A stretch of 64,000 bases of DNA, from assembly GCA_043811375.1 (NCBI GenBank), contig JBDRNJ010000072.1, positions 32,001-96,000 on the forward strand, read 5' to 3'. Positions 9,129 through 19,021 of the stretch are shown here, one piece after another. The number at the start of each line of letters is the position of its first letter. The first letter of the stretch is position 1. The stretch comes from a bacterium (GTDB lineage: Bacteria; Zixibacteria; MSB-5A5; GN15; FEB-12). The notes under the pieces were generated by a model, which did not search any database, was not told the origin of the DNA, and worked only from the letters and a program-made list of their open reading frames with translations. The translations under genes were made by a program, and so were the position numbers.

Positions 9129-9575
9129 TTATCCCTCTTTCAGCCGGAAGCTGTTGATCGCTATCTCATCGTTTTCCTTGGTGGTCAACATCCGGACCTT
9201 CTCATCAAAGTGTCGACGACGACGATCTCTCAGTTTTTCAAAAACCTTACGCTCTTTTGAGGCCTTCAGTAAAGCCTGGTGTTTTTCACCGGCCATCTTC
9301 TGAAAAGCCCGTAAAAGCTCATCACCGGCCAGCAAGTCTCTTTTGAGTTTATTGACGTAGCGGGCATGGATGAGCATCCCCGCCACCGACAGCCGGTCGC
9401 TCAGCCGATGGCGTTGCCGATCTATCGTGTCCAGTTTGTGTCGGCTGACCTCCCCCTGACGCCGCCGTTGATCGTAGACTTGCTTCAGGGCAGTGGCGTG
9501 TTCCTTCTGCTTCTCTCTTTCGATATGCTCTTTAGCTTTGAGTAAAACCTGAAGACGAAACCGGAACTTTTTCAT
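9129..9575 (-). CDS. fliJ: Flagellar export protein FliJ
   Basis: MKKFRFRLQ.LL..KE, 'A..ERK..EKL', 'E..E.DE.A'; downstream of fliI. Confidence 0.9.
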   Translation of the reverse strand: MKKFRFRLQVLLKAKEHIEREKQKEHATALKQVYDQRRRQGEVSRHKLDTIDRQRHRLSDRLSVAGMLIHARYVNKLKRDLLAGDELLRAFQKMAGEKHQALLKASKERKVFEKLRDRRRRHFDEKVRMLTTKENDEIAINSFRLKEG

Positions 9576-9579
9576 CGGT

Positions 9580-10920
9580 TCAGTCCGTTTCGGTCACGGT
9601 TGAATCGTCGGCCATGATGGCCTGCAATTGCTCAAATGATTCGGAGTATTGGGCTTGTTCGTCGATCCCCTGTCGGAAGAAGGCATTGATGGCGTCTATC
9701 TTTGAAATGGCTCGATCTATACGAGGATTGGATCCCTTGACGTAGGCGCCGATGTTAATGAGGTCTTCGGCTTCACGGTAGACCGAAACCAATTCGCGCA
9801 GTTCTCCGGCCAGAGCAACTTCTTCGGGTGTGCACACTTCCACCATCAACCGGCTGATGGAATCAAGAATATCGACGGCCGGGTACTGGTTGAGTGATGC
9901 CAGCCGTCGCGAGAGTGTCACGTGTCCGTCCAGTATCGATCTGACGGCATCGGAAATCGGTTCGTTGAGATCATCACCTTCCACCAGCACCGTGTACAGG
10001 CCGGTTATGGAACCGACATCGTTCTGTCCGGCTCGTTCCAGCAGACGCGGCAGCATCGCAAACACCGACGGCGTGTATCCTTTGGTGGTGGGCGGTTCAC
10101 CGATGGCAATGCCGATTTCTCTCTGGGCCATGGCGATTCGGGTCAGGGAGTCCATCAGCAGCATCACATCCATTCCCTGATCACGAAAGTATTCGGCGAT
10201 AGCGGTAGCTACCTGAGCGCCTTTAATGCGAATCAATGAGGGTTGATCGGAAGTAACGGCCACAACCACCGTCTTCTTCATGCCTGCCGTTCCCAGATCG
10301 GACTCGATAAATTCTCGCACTTCCCGTCCCCGTTCACCCACCAGAGCAACGACGTTGACATCAGCCGAGGATCCGCGGGCCATCATGCCCAGCATAACCG
10401 ACTTGCCCACTCCCGAACCGGAGAAGATGCCCATTCGCTGCCCCTTGCCCACGGCCGCGGTCAGATCGACAGCCCTGATACCGGTGCGGAGGGCCTGAGT
10501 GATGCGCCGTCTTTTCAGGGCCGGGATGGGGTCGGCGTTGATGGGTCGCGTCACGTTTGTCAAAATCGCCCCCCGGTCATCGATCGGTTGCCCCAGGCCG
10601 CCGAGAATCCGGCCGATCAGTTCTTGTCCGACGGGGATACGCAGTTGCTCCGATGTCGAGGTGACAATAGCTCCCGGTGTAATGCCGGTAATCGATCCCA
10701 ACGGCATCAACAGAAGACGGTCATCGCGAAAACCAACCACTTCGGCCCGGATCCGGGCACCGGTGTCGTGGTTCTCGATGTTGCACAGACGACCTATTGA
10801 AACGGCCGGACCGGCTGATTCGATAACCAGCCCCACCACCTGCGTAACCTTGCCGAAATGGGTAACAGTGCGGGCATTCCTGATACGCTCGGCATAGACA
10901 TCGTAGGCAACCAGACTCAC
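9580..10920 (-). CDS. fliI: Flagellar export ATPase
   Basis: GSGVGKS Walker A, GERGREV, MDSLTR, GEPPTTKGY. Confidence 0.97.
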   Translation of the reverse strand: MSLVAYDVYAERIRNARTVTHFGKVTQVVGLVIESAGPAVSIGRLCNIENHDTGARIRAEVVGFRDDRLLLMPLGSITGITPGAIVTSTSEQLRIPVGQELIGRILGGLGQPIDDRGAILTNVTRPINADPIPALKRRRITQALRTGIRAVDLTAAVGKGQRMGIFSGSGVGKSVMLGMMARGSSADVNVVALVGERGREVREFIESDLGTAGMKKTVVVAVTSDQPSLIRIKGAQVATAIAEYFRDQGMDVMLLMDSLTRIAMAQREIGIAIGEPPTTKGYTPSVFAMLPRLLERAGQNDVGSITGLYTVLVEGDDLNEPISDAVRSILDGHVTLSRRLASLNQYPAVDILDSISRLMVEVCTPEEVALAGELRELVSVYREAEDLINIGAYVKGSNPRIDRAISKIDAINAFFRQGIDEQAQYSESFEQLQAIMADDSTVTETD

Positions 10921-11630
10921 TACTGTTCCTCATCGGAGAGAATCGTTTCCTCAATAACCTCCAGCTGCGAATCCAGGCGGGCGTCGATATCACCGGTCGG
11001 GGTTTCGATCAGGCAGCCGCCATGGCGAACCCGCGGATCAGCTTCGATCTTGATTTCCTTGATCATCGCCGAACCGGCCATGAATTGATCGATATTCTGC
11101 TCAACCATCGGCAGGTGATCGGGATTGACCTTGATCCTCAGGTGTGAGCGGTCAATCAGGGTATCGATGACACCGCTGATCATGGTCAGGGTCACATCGG
11201 GATCGACCGCAACAGCATCGAAAGTCACTTTACGGCTGATCTGTATGACCAGCTCGAGTATTTTTTGTTTGGCTTGCTGCAACAGTATCTCGCGCTGTTT
11301 CACGGCGTCCCTGATGGCCTGATCGAACTGTTTCAGCACTTCTTCCGCTTCAGTCCGACCTTCAGCTCGGCCCCGGTCATATCCTCTGCGATTGCCTTCA
11401 TCGAGACCGTCCTGACGCTCCTTCAGTCTCTCCTGCCGGTGCACCTGGTCGATCTTGAAGACTTCCTGAATCGGAATCAGTTTGGCGCCGTCAGCATTGG
11501 TGATGACTGAAACCATCGGGAATATCTCCCCCAGCCGGTGTTCCGCCCGACTTTCTCTGTCGAAATCGAGTTGCTTGGCGCCGATGTACACGGTCGGCGC
11601 CGTTGAGCTGTGTCGAATGAGTTTAGACAA
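10920..11630 (-). CDS. fliH: Flagellar export protein FliH
   Basis: GxxxG repeats, 'I.VNP.', 'GGCLIET..G.IDA'. Confidence 0.92.
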   Translation of the reverse strand: MSKLIRHSSTAPTVYIGAKQLDFDRESRAEHRLGEIFPMVSVITNADGAKLIPIQEVFKIDQVHRQERLKERQDGLDEGNRRGYDRGRAEGRTEAEEVLKQFDQAIRDAVKQREILLQQAKQKILELVIQISRKVTFDAVAVDPDVTLTMISGVIDTLIDRSHLRIKVNPDHLPMVEQNIDQFMAGSAMIKEIKIEADPRVRHGGCLIETPTGDIDARLDSQLEVIEETILSDEEQ

Positions 11631-12633
11631 TTATTTCCTCTTTGCCGCCCCGTCCGGAGATAATGATCTGACCCTCTTCCTCCAGGCGGCGTACCGATTC
11701 CACGATGCGGCCCTGAGCGGCCTCGACGTCGGACAGACGTGTTGGTCCCATGAATTCCATTTCCTCGCGAATCATTACCGCCACCCTCTCGGAGACATTG
11801 GCAAAGATTTTGCCTTTGACATCATCGCTGGCAGCCTTAAGCGCAATAGCCAGATCCTTGGTCTCGACGTCCTTCAACAGGCGTTGTATGGAACGATCAT
11901 CCAGCAGTATGATGTCTTCAAAGACAAACATCATGTTCTTGATCTCAGCGGCCAGATCCGGGTCCTCCGCTTCCAGCGACTGCAGGATGTTTTTCTCAGC
12001 CGTGGCGTCAATCAGGTTCAGTATCTCGGCCACTGCTTTGGCGCCGCCGGAAGCCGTGACGCCGGCTCCTATCGATGCTTCAAAGTGACTCTGCAGCGTC
12101 TGCTCGATTTCCCGCAAAATCTCCGGAGCGATTTTCTCCATAGTGGCGATTCGCAAGGATACTTCCGCCTGAAGCTCCGGGGTCAGTTCCGACAACACCG
12201 CGGCTGCATGCTGGGGTGATAATTGAGTCAGAATAAGCGAGATAGTCTGGGGGTGCTCATTCTGCAGGAAACTCGTCAGTTGTTTGGGGTCGATGTCTTT
12301 CAGCAGGGAAAAACCACTGGACTTGATGACTGACTCCAGACGGTTCATGATTTCACGGGCTTTTGCCCGGCCGACGGCGCTCTCCAGTACCTGTCGGGCG
12401 AAATCGATACCACCCTGGGAGATGTACTGCCGGGCCATAAAGATCTGGTAGCATTCGTCAATAACCTTCTCTTCCACCTCCGGTTGTACATCACGCAGAT
12501 TGGCGATCTCGATAGCGATGCGTTCCATGTCATTTTCGGGCAGCCCCTTCATGACGTGGGCCGACACTTCTGAGCCAAAAGCTACCAGCGCTACGGCGGC
12601 CTTTTGAACCGCTGTCATTTCTTCGTATTTCAT
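11623..12633 (-). CDS. fliG: Motor switch protein FliG
   Basis: EHPQ, MFVFED, GG linkers, 'R..DVE.AQ..IV'. Confidence 0.97.
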   Translation of the reverse strand: MKYEEMTAVQKAAVALVAFGSEVSAHVMKGLPENDMERIAIEIANLRDVQPEVEEKVIDECYQIFMARQYISQGGIDFARQVLESAVGRAKAREIMNRLESVIKSSGFSLLKDIDPKQLTSFLQNEHPQTISLILTQLSPQHAAAVLSELTPELQAEVSLRIATMEKIAPEILREIEQTLQSHFEASIGAGVTASGGAKAVAEILNLIDATAEKNILQSLEAEDPDLAAEIKNMMFVFEDIILLDDRSIQRLLKDVETKDLAIALKAASDDVKGKIFANVSERVAVMIREEMEFMGPTRLSDVEAAQGRIVESVRRLEEEGQIIISGRGGKEEIIV

Positions 12634-12638
12634 GGTAC

Positions 12639-14192
12639 CTACTCAGACATCATGGTCTTGATTACGCGGGTGATTTCTTCCGGATCCTTCTCGGCCGTTT
12701 TCTGCATTTCATCAACCAGCCGCGGTTTACGGTTTCCCGGGACAATCCGAGGGAGTGGCTCCGGTTCCGGCTCCGGTTCCGGCGCCATGGTTTTCGCCAC
12801 CGGCCGAGACGGCGGCAGCAGTTGAGACAAGGCACCGAATAATTTCTTCGATTTCTTCTTCAGATAAAAGAGGGCCAATGCAATCAGAAGGACGTAGCCT
12901 ATCTTGCGGGCAACCTCGAGGTAGAAATCACGCTGGTACATGCTGTCCAGCACGTCTCTCTCCTGTTCGAGGTTTTGCCGATCAAAAGGAATGTTGACCA
13001 TTTCGATCTGGTCGTTGCGCTGCTGGTCGAACCCCACCGCGTTCTTGACGATAGCAGCCAGGCGATCGAGATCCTCCTGGGTTCGCGGTTGATAGACCTG
13101 AATGGTACTGCCGTCCTCACCTTCCACCGGCGCATAGACGCCGTCGACGAGCACGGCTACCGAGAGTCGGTCAATGTTACCCACAGCGTTGACAATGTGT
13201 TCGACGGTCTTGTTAAGTTCGTAGTTGGTGACCACCGTTTCCGAAGCGTCTTCCTGCTGGCTTTCGTTGGCTTCTTCCGCTTTGTCAGAGGAAGTATTGG
13301 ATGACTTGACCCGTTCCTCGCTGCGAATCGAGGGAGTGTTGGGGTCATACATTTCAGAAGTTCTCTCCAATTGCTGGAAGTCCAGGTCGGCCGTTACTCG
13401 AATGACGGCGGTCCCGTTCCCCAGAACGTCATCCAGCATCGTCTGGGCTTTGCTCTCCAGATACTTCTCCACCAACTGGCGGACCTCCAGTTGGTTGGAG
13501 CTGAGACCGGCCATGACATCGGCGCTGCGTCCCGAAGAAAGGAGGTTGCCGTCATAGTCGACAATGGTAATTTTATCCGGCTGGAGTCCTTCCACCGACG
13601 AGGCAACCAGATGAGTGATGCCGGCAATCTTCTGCCGGGAAAGCTCACTATGGCTCTTGAACTTCAGCACCACCGATGCCGTGGGTTCTAGCTGGTCCTG
13701 TTTGAACAGCCGGTCCTTGGGCATGACTATGTGGACACGAGCGGCGCTGACCTCGTTGAGCTGCATGATCGTGCGCGTCAACTCACCCTCCAGAGCCCGT
13801 CGGAAGTTGAGATTGAGCAGGAAATCGGTCATACCCAGATTGTTCTGGTCAAACACGGAGTAGCCGACACTTCCGGAACGTGGCAGCCCCTCAGCCGCCA
13901 GCGAGATGCGTGTTTTGTATACCTCATCGGAAGGCACCGAGATGGTGCCGCCGCCATCGCTCAACTGGAAAGGAATACGGCTTTCATTAAGGTAGGCAAT
14001 AACCTCGCCGGCTTCAGTGTTGTCCAGATTGGAATAGAGTCGGGAATAGGTTATGTCATTAACCCAGCCGACCGCAAAAAAGGCTCCGGCTATGATGCCG
14101 GTAACAACACCAAGCAGCATCATCACCTGACTGGGTGTCATTCGGCCGACATACTCAGCAATGTTCTTGAAAAAAACCTTGAATTTATCCAT
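12639..14192 (-). CDS. fliF: MS-ring protein FliF
   Basis: RALEGEL.RTI, ARVHIV.P..LF, ASVVL, LVASSVEGL; two TM segments. Confidence 0.96.
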   Translation of the reverse strand: MDKFKVFFKNIAEYVGRMTPSQVMMLLGVVTGIIAGAFFAVGWVNDITYSRLYSNLDNTEAGEVIAYLNESRIPFQLSDGGGTISVPSDEVYKTRISLAAEGLPRSGSVGYSVFDQNNLGMTDFLLNLNFRRALEGELTRTIMQLNEVSAARVHIVMPKDRLFKQDQLEPTASVVLKFKSHSELSRQKIAGITHLVASSVEGLQPDKITIVDYDGNLLSSGRSADVMAGLSSNQLEVRQLVEKYLESKAQTMLDDVLGNGTAVIRVTADLDFQQLERTSEMYDPNTPSIRSEERVKSSNTSSDKAEEANESQQEDASETVVTNYELNKTVEHIVNAVGNIDRLSVAVLVDGVYAPVEGEDGSTIQVYQPRTQEDLDRLAAIVKNAVGFDQQRNDQIEMVNIPFDRQNLEQERDVLDSMYQRDFYLEVARKIGYVLLIALALFYLKKKSKKLFGALSQLLPPSRPVAKTMAPEPEPEPEPLPRIVPGNRKPRLVDEMQKTAEKDPEEITRVIKTMMSE

Positions 14193-14249
14193 ATCAAATC
14201 CTATTTGCTGACTGACCATCCATGGTCACATCACCCACGCCGTCTCTAT

Positions 14250-14570
14250 TTACAGCGGCATGCGTAACATCTCGTTGTAAGCATTCACAATTTTGTTACG
14301 TATCTCCAACAGCAGATCGGTCGCCAGACCGGCCTGCTCGGCCTTGATCATCACCTGATGCAGTTCCACCGGGTCACCGGCCAGAAACGCCTGCTGTATC
14401 TGACTCGACTCCTGATGCAAATCATCAACTGAGTGCACCAGTTTCGAAAGTAGATCGTTAAAACTACCCTGGAGGCGTGTGTCCGGCGACACCTCTTCCG
14501 ACGGCTTCAGCCCGACTTGCTGCGCCAGACCGGGCACCAGGCGGTTTACATTGGTTAGCGGTAAACTCAT
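14250..14570 (-). CDS. fliE: Hook-basal body protein FliE
   Basis: LHQVMI..E.A...LL.EIRNKIV.AY.EM.RM.L. Confidence 0.95.
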   Translation of the reverse strand: MSLPLTNVNRLVPGLAQQVGLKPSEEVSPDTRLQGSFNDLLSKLVHSVDDLHQESSQIQQAFLAGDPVELHQVMIKAEQAGLATDLLLEIRNKIVNAYNEMLRMPL

Positions 14571-14572
14571 TT

Positions 14573-14902
14573 TCAGACCTTGACATCCACGATGCGACCT
14601 ACCAGGGTCGTTTCCCCGGCGGTATCGGCCTGTTTCATATAGCCGGGTCCAAAGCGGGCCGGGTCATTGAAGCGTCGAAATAAAAGATCCAGAGCTTGAC
14701 GCTCCTCCGTTGTCAGCAGATCAGCGTAATCGCCGCTGGGCGGCTTCACGGCCAGACGGGAGGTTGATTCCGCCGACTGCGGTGCGATAGTGATTTTCTC
14801 ATCAGCCATGGACGGACCGGCTGAGCCGATTGCCGTCTCGGCAGGTCTGTCCCGTCGTTCCAGTTGCTGGTACGACTGAATAGCTACGGGATTGATCTTC
14901 AT
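14573..14902 (-). CDS. Hypothetical flagellar-operon protein
   Basis: 109-aa ORF tightly packed between flgC and fliE with AAGGA RBS; ends 'GRIVDVKV'. Confidence 0.75.
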   Translation of the reverse strand: MKINPVAIQSYQQLERRDRPAETAIGSAGPSMADEKITIAPQSAESTSRLAVKPPSGDYADLLTTEERQALDLLFRRFNDPARFGPGYMKQADTAGETTLVGRIVDVKV

Positions 14903-14921
14903 CCGTTAGTCCTTACCTTTG

Positions 14922-15416
14922 TTATATTTCCAATGCATCTTTGGCCATTTTCTTGGCGGCTGAGATCGCCACCGTGTTGGCTTCATAAGCTCTTGAGGCC
15001 GCCATCATGTCGACCATCTCCGTGACTACCTCAACGTCCGGCATCTTCACGTAACCTTCCCCATCCGCCTGAGGATGTGATGGATCGTAAATCAGCCGGA
15101 AACTCGATTCCGGATCGACGATCTCCCGTCCGGTCACAGTCGAGAGGTCAACGCTCTCACTACTACGGTGTACGGTTCCGGAGAGGTGCCGGCGGCTGGT
15201 GCGCGACAGTCGCGTCCCGGCCTGCTTCACCAGGGAATTGAAGGTTCCTTTCAGCTTGTTTTCGCCGGCCAGCACTCGCTTGCGTCGGTAGGGTCCACCC
15301 TCTTTGGTTTCCGTGGTTTCCGCGTTAGCGATGTTTTGAGCTACGGTGTTCAACCGTTTTCGCTGTAACGACAGTCCTTGTGAAGAAATCTCCATTGCGC
15401 TCAATATTCCCGCCAT
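14922..15416 (-). CDS. flgC: Proximal rod protein FlgC
   Basis: NIANAETT...GGPYRRK; YDPSHP.AD..GYV.MP.V..EM.DM..ASRAYEAN. Confidence 0.97.
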   Translation of the reverse strand: MAGILSAMEISSQGLSLQRKRLNTVAQNIANAETTETKEGGPYRRKRVLAGENKLKGTFNSLVKQAGTRLSRTSRRHLSGTVHRSSESVDLSTVTGREIVDPESSFRLIYDPSHPQADGEGYVKMPDVEVVTEMVDMMAASRAYEANTVAISAAKKMAKDALEI

Positions 15417-15426
15417 AGTTCAACCT

Positions 15427-15840
15427 CTATCTGCTGGTTATCGCTTTTCTGAGCCCGTCCAGTTTTCTTTGCAGTAAAAGGGCTCCGGCCGAGAACAATA
15501 ACTCGTTTTGGGAAAGCGTGGAAACTTCGCGGTCAATATCGACCGAATTCATCTCTCCCTCGGCGACCCCGGTTCGATGCACCCGGGGCGGTTTAAGCTG
15601 ATGCTGACCGGTAGGAAGGTGGTCAGGATGAGACACTGATCCCACCAGGCGACTGGACTGACCGGTCATTTTCTCAAATTCAGCCTTGAAATCAATGTCC
15701 TGGCGGCGGTAACCGGGGGTGGAGGCATTGGCGATATTGCCGCTGACCAGTTTATGGCGAAATGCGGCCAGGTCAAGATACTTGCCGAAATTCGGCACGC
15801 CGATCCGTTGAAACACAAATTCCGTCAGTTTATTGCTCAT
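15427..15840 (-). CDS. flgB: Proximal rod protein FlgB
   Basis: NIANASTPGY...DI.F; NSVDIDRE. Confidence 0.95.
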   Translation of the reverse strand: MSNKLTEFVFQRIGVPNFGKYLDLAAFRHKLVSGNIANASTPGYRRQDIDFKAEFEKMTGQSSRLVGSVSHPDHLPTGQHQLKPPRVHRTGVAEGEMNSVDIDREVSTLSQNELLFSAGALLLQRKLDGLRKAITSR

Positions 15841-15878
15841 CAAACATACTCACCGATAGTTCTCCGCTGCATTGTTAA

Positions 15879-15893
15879 GCAAGTGTGATGCCA
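15879..15893 (-). promoter_or_regulatory. Sigma54 -24/-12 promoter of flgB-fli operon
   Basis: TGGCAT-CACAC-TTGC on minus strand, near-consensus. Confidence 0.85.
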
Positions 15894-16012
15894 TAGCGGA
15901 ACTATGACCGGGCAGTCATTGTGAGACAGGAGTTTACGCGGTCAAAGAGAGTTGGGCCGGTAAATGCGAATCCGATACGGGGGAAAGGTTTTCCAACCGG
16001 TGCCGGAACGAA

Positions 16013-16756
16013 TTACTCGTTGTTCGCCAGATCGTACAGTTGCGATGACGGTTCTTTCAGGGACAGTTCCCTGGTCAACACCACCAAGTCGACGCGCCGG
16101 TTTTGAGCCCGGTTTTCGATGGAATTGTTGGGACGGATGGGACGGAATTTGCCGTAGCCGAGTGCTGAGATGCGACCGGGCGACAACTCGTGATAGCTGA
16201 TGAAGTAGCGCACCACTTCCGTAGCCCGGGCGGAGGAAAGCTCCCAGTTGGAGGGATACTGAGTAGTACTGATGGGGCGGTCGTCAGTATGTCCTTCCAC
16301 TCTGATATGGTTGGGCATCGACTTGACTCTCTCGTATATAAGGTCCAGTATCTCTATCGACTGCGGTTGCAGTTTGGCGGAACCTTCATTGAAGAGCGCC
16401 TTCTCCAGAATATGCACCACCAATCCGCGTTCGGTTACTTCGGTACGGACATCTTCCTGGCGGTTGAGTTGTTTGAATCTCTCATCTATCTGGGATTGAA
16501 GCATTCGCAGATTGCCCAGCCTGAGCAGCCCGTGACCGTTTTCAGATTGTTCCTCTTCGAACGGCAGGACGCTTTCTCCCCCTTTGAGAATACCGTGCAG
16601 CGCCTCGGCTACCTTACCGAATTTCTTGGCATCGATCTGTGACATGGAGTACATGACCACGAAAAATGCCAGCAAGAGCGTGATCAGGTCAGCATAGGTC
16701 AGCAGCCAGCGCCCCTCATCTTCATTGGCATCGTCGCGAAGGCGTTTGCGGCGCAT
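16013..16756 (-). CDS. motB: Flagellar stator MotB
   Basis: WLLTYADLITLLLAFFVVMYSMS TM (Val at the position typical of proton-type MotB); OmpA-like domain GHTD, NWELS..RA, NRRV. Confidence 0.95.
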   Translation of the reverse strand: MRRKRLRDDANEDEGRWLLTYADLITLLLAFFVVMYSMSQIDAKKFGKVAEALHGILKGGESVLPFEEEQSENGHGLLRLGNLRMLQSQIDERFKQLNRQEDVRTEVTERGLVVHILEKALFNEGSAKLQPQSIEILDLIYERVKSMPNHIRVEGHTDDRPISTTQYPSNWELSSARATEVVRYFISYHELSPGRISALGYGKFRPIRPNNSIENRAQNRRVDLVVLTRELSLKEPSSQLYDLANNE

Positions 16757-16760
16757 CTAT

Positions 16761-17525
16761 TTAGCCCTCGTAACGGCGGTGGCTGGGAGCAATAAATGCC
16801 AACATGCGAGTGCGAACATAACGCGGATTCTCTCCCGATTGCATGGCTGTGATACCTTCCAGAACCAGTTCCAGGTGGGCAATCTCTTCATCGTGTCGCA
16901 TTTTCAACTTGTCCGACACCGGTAGAAAAAAGAGATTGGCAAGCCCAACCCCCCACAAGGTGGCAATAAAGGCACTGGCAATACGGGTGGCCATGGCAGA
17001 AGCATCGCTAACGTTTCCAAAGGCATGAATCAAGGCCAGCACGGTGCCGAGGATACCCATCGTAGGCGCAAAGCCACCGGCTTTCCTGAAGAAGATTATC
17101 CCTCGATTGTGACGCTCTTCGATATATGCAATTTCAGTCTCGAGGATATCACGCAATGCGGCTATTTCGGTACCGTCAATTACCAATTGAATGGCTTTCT
17201 TGAAAAACGGGTCGGTAATCTGCTTGAGGTCCTCTTCAAGTCCGAGAATGCCCTGGCGGCGCGCTTTCTCGGCCAGCCTGACGATGACATCGATGGATTC
17301 GTTATAGGGACGTGACTTGCCGAATGCGGCCACCTTCAGGTAATGAGGAATCTGCACCACGGTCTGAATCGACGTTGTGACCGTGGTGGCACCCAGCGTG
17401 CCGCCTATCACGATTAGAACGGGGGCGGTAAGAAACAGTGCTTCGAGCTGCCCACCCTCGAGAATGAAGGCACCTCCGACAGCACTAAAAGCCACTATGA
17501 GTCCGATAAACGTTGCTAAATCCAC
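16761..17525 (-). CDS. motA: Flagellar stator MotA
   Basis: GTG start; ARRQGILGLE, APTMGILGTV, AFIATLWG. Confidence 0.95.
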   Translation of the reverse strand: MDLATFIGLIVAFSAVGGAFILEGGQLEALFLTAPVLIVIGGTLGATTVTTSIQTVVQIPHYLKVAAFGKSRPYNESIDVIVRLAEKARRQGILGLEEDLKQITDPFFKKAIQLVIDGTEIAALRDILETEIAYIEERHNRGIIFFRKAGGFAPTMGILGTVLALIHAFGNVSDASAMATRIASAFIATLWGVGLANLFFLPVSDKLKMRHDEEIAHLELVLEGITAMQSGENPRYVRTRMLAFIAPSHRRYEG

Positions 17526-17592
17526 CGCGCTGAATATCCTGTGCCGCTATAGAATTATCATCCCGGAGCCTGAATAAAGCCTCTCCCTTTTG

Positions 17593-17619
17593 TTATCGGC
17601 AAGCCTGTTCAAATATCAA
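17593..17619 (-). promoter_or_regulatory. Sigma28-type promoter of motAB
   Basis: Perfect GCCGATAA -10 element; weak -35 (TTGA, 15-bp spacer). Confidence 0.6.
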
Positions 17620-17671
17620 GCAATCTGAGACGCTGCCGGCAGTGAGGAAACTCTAATTTGACGGGCCGGAG

Positions 17672-19021
17672 CTAACCCTGGTTAAGCTGGTACTCGGCGA
17701 GCTTGTTTCTTATCGTCCGCGCAGTAACACCAAGAGCCTCGGCGGCCTTGGTTTTGTTGCCGTTGAACTTCTCGAGAGTCTTCAGAATAAGGTATCTATT
17801 GCCGTCTTCCAGTTTCATGGGCACCTTCAGCGGCGGCAGGTCGTCGGCTATGGGACCCAGAGCCAGGTCGGTGGGGAAATCATCCTCAGTCAGTTGCTGG
17901 TCTCCACTGGTAACTACCGCTCGTTCGACCAGGTTCTCAAGCTCCCGGACATTACCGGGCCAGTGGTATTTCATCAGGAGTCGCATGGCGGTCTGGTCAA
18001 TCCCGCTGATATTTTTATCATTCTCCCGGTTGTACTTATCAATGAAATGCTGAACCAACAGCGGGATGTCTTCCTTACGCTCTTCCAGGGTCGTCAGATG
18101 GATGGGAATTACGTTCAACCGGTAGAACAGGTCCTCACGGAAACGGCCCTTGCTGATCGCTTCCTTGAGATTGCGATTGGAGGTGGCTATCAGACGGATA
18201 TCCACCTTGATTGTCGCACTGGAACCGATCCGCTCAAACTCTCTTTCCTGTATTACGCGCAGCAGCTTGGATTGCAGATTCAGCGGCATCTCGGAGATTT
18301 CATCCAGCAGCAAGGTGCCGCCATCGGCCAATTCGAAACGCCCCCGGTTGGTTTTCTTGGCGTCGGTAAAAGCGCCTTTTTCGTATCCGAACAACTCCGC
18401 CTCGACCAGATTCTCAGGGAGGGCCGCACAATTGAGCTTGATAAACGGTCCTCCCTGACGATTGGAGGTGTAATGGATGGCACGCGCCACCAGTTCCTTA
18501 CCGGTACCCGAAGTGCCGGTAATCATTATCGTAGAGCGGGCGTCGGCAACCGACCGGATGAGATCAAAGACGGCTTTCATCACCTGGGATTTGCCGATCA
18601 GGTTCTGGAAACTATGCCTGACATCCTGGCGCAGCGTCTCGTTTTCAGCCCGCAGGCGCAGTATTTCGCTGACTCGTGTCAGAACGTGCTCCACGGTTTC
18701 CGGCATGATCGGCTTGAGCAGAAAATCGTAGGCTCCCATTTTGATGGCTCTGACCGCCGTCTCGACAGTTCCATAAGCCGTAATCACGATCACTTGGGTC
18801 TGGGGGCTGTTCTCTCTGATGCTCTTAAGCAACTGCAGACCGGTCATTTCCTGCATCTTAAGGTCAGTCAGGACAATGTCGAACTGCTGTTGTTTGAATT
18901 TGTCCATAGCCTCTTCGCCTGAATAGGCAGCACTGCATTCATAGCCGGCACGAGTAATCGTCTCCACCAGCACTTCACTCACCAGAGTATCATCATCTAC
19001 CACTAAAACAGCATATCTCAT
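17672..19021 (-). CDS. Sigma54-dependent response regulator (FleR/FlrC/FlgR-like)
   Basis: REC + AAA+ (GTGKE, GAFTDA, LLDEISE, WPGNVREL) + Fis-type HTH; located in flagellar cluster with sigma54 promoters. Confidence 0.93.
   Translation of the reverse strand: MRYAVLVVDDDTLVSEVLVETITRAGYECSAAYSGEEAMDKFKQQQFDIVLTDLKMQEMTGLQLLKSIRENSPQTQVIVITAYGTVETAVRAIKMGAYDFLLKPIMPETVEHVLTRVSEILRLRAENETLRQDVRHSFQNLIGKSQVMKAVFDLIRSVADARSTIMITGTSGTGKELVARAIHYTSNRQGGPFIKLNCAALPENLVEAELFGYEKGAFTDAKKTNRGRFELADGGTLLLDEISEMPLNLQSKLLRVIQEREFERIGSSATIKVDIRLIATSNRNLKEAISKGRFREDLFYRLNVIPIHLTTLEERKEDIPLLVQHFIDKYNRENDKNISGIDQTAMRLLMKYHWPGNVRELENLVERAVVTSGDQQLTEDDFPTDLALGPIADDLPPLKVPMKLEDGNRYLILKTLEKFNGNKTKAAEALGVTARTIRNKLAEYQLNQG

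Noticed and set aside
12757..12783. CCGGAA/CCGGAG tandem repeat in fliF
   Set aside because: Simply encodes a PEPEPEPEP linker.
18361..18378. GAFTDA instead of GAFTGA in the flagellar sigma54 activator
   Set aside because: A common natural variant, not evidence of inactivity.
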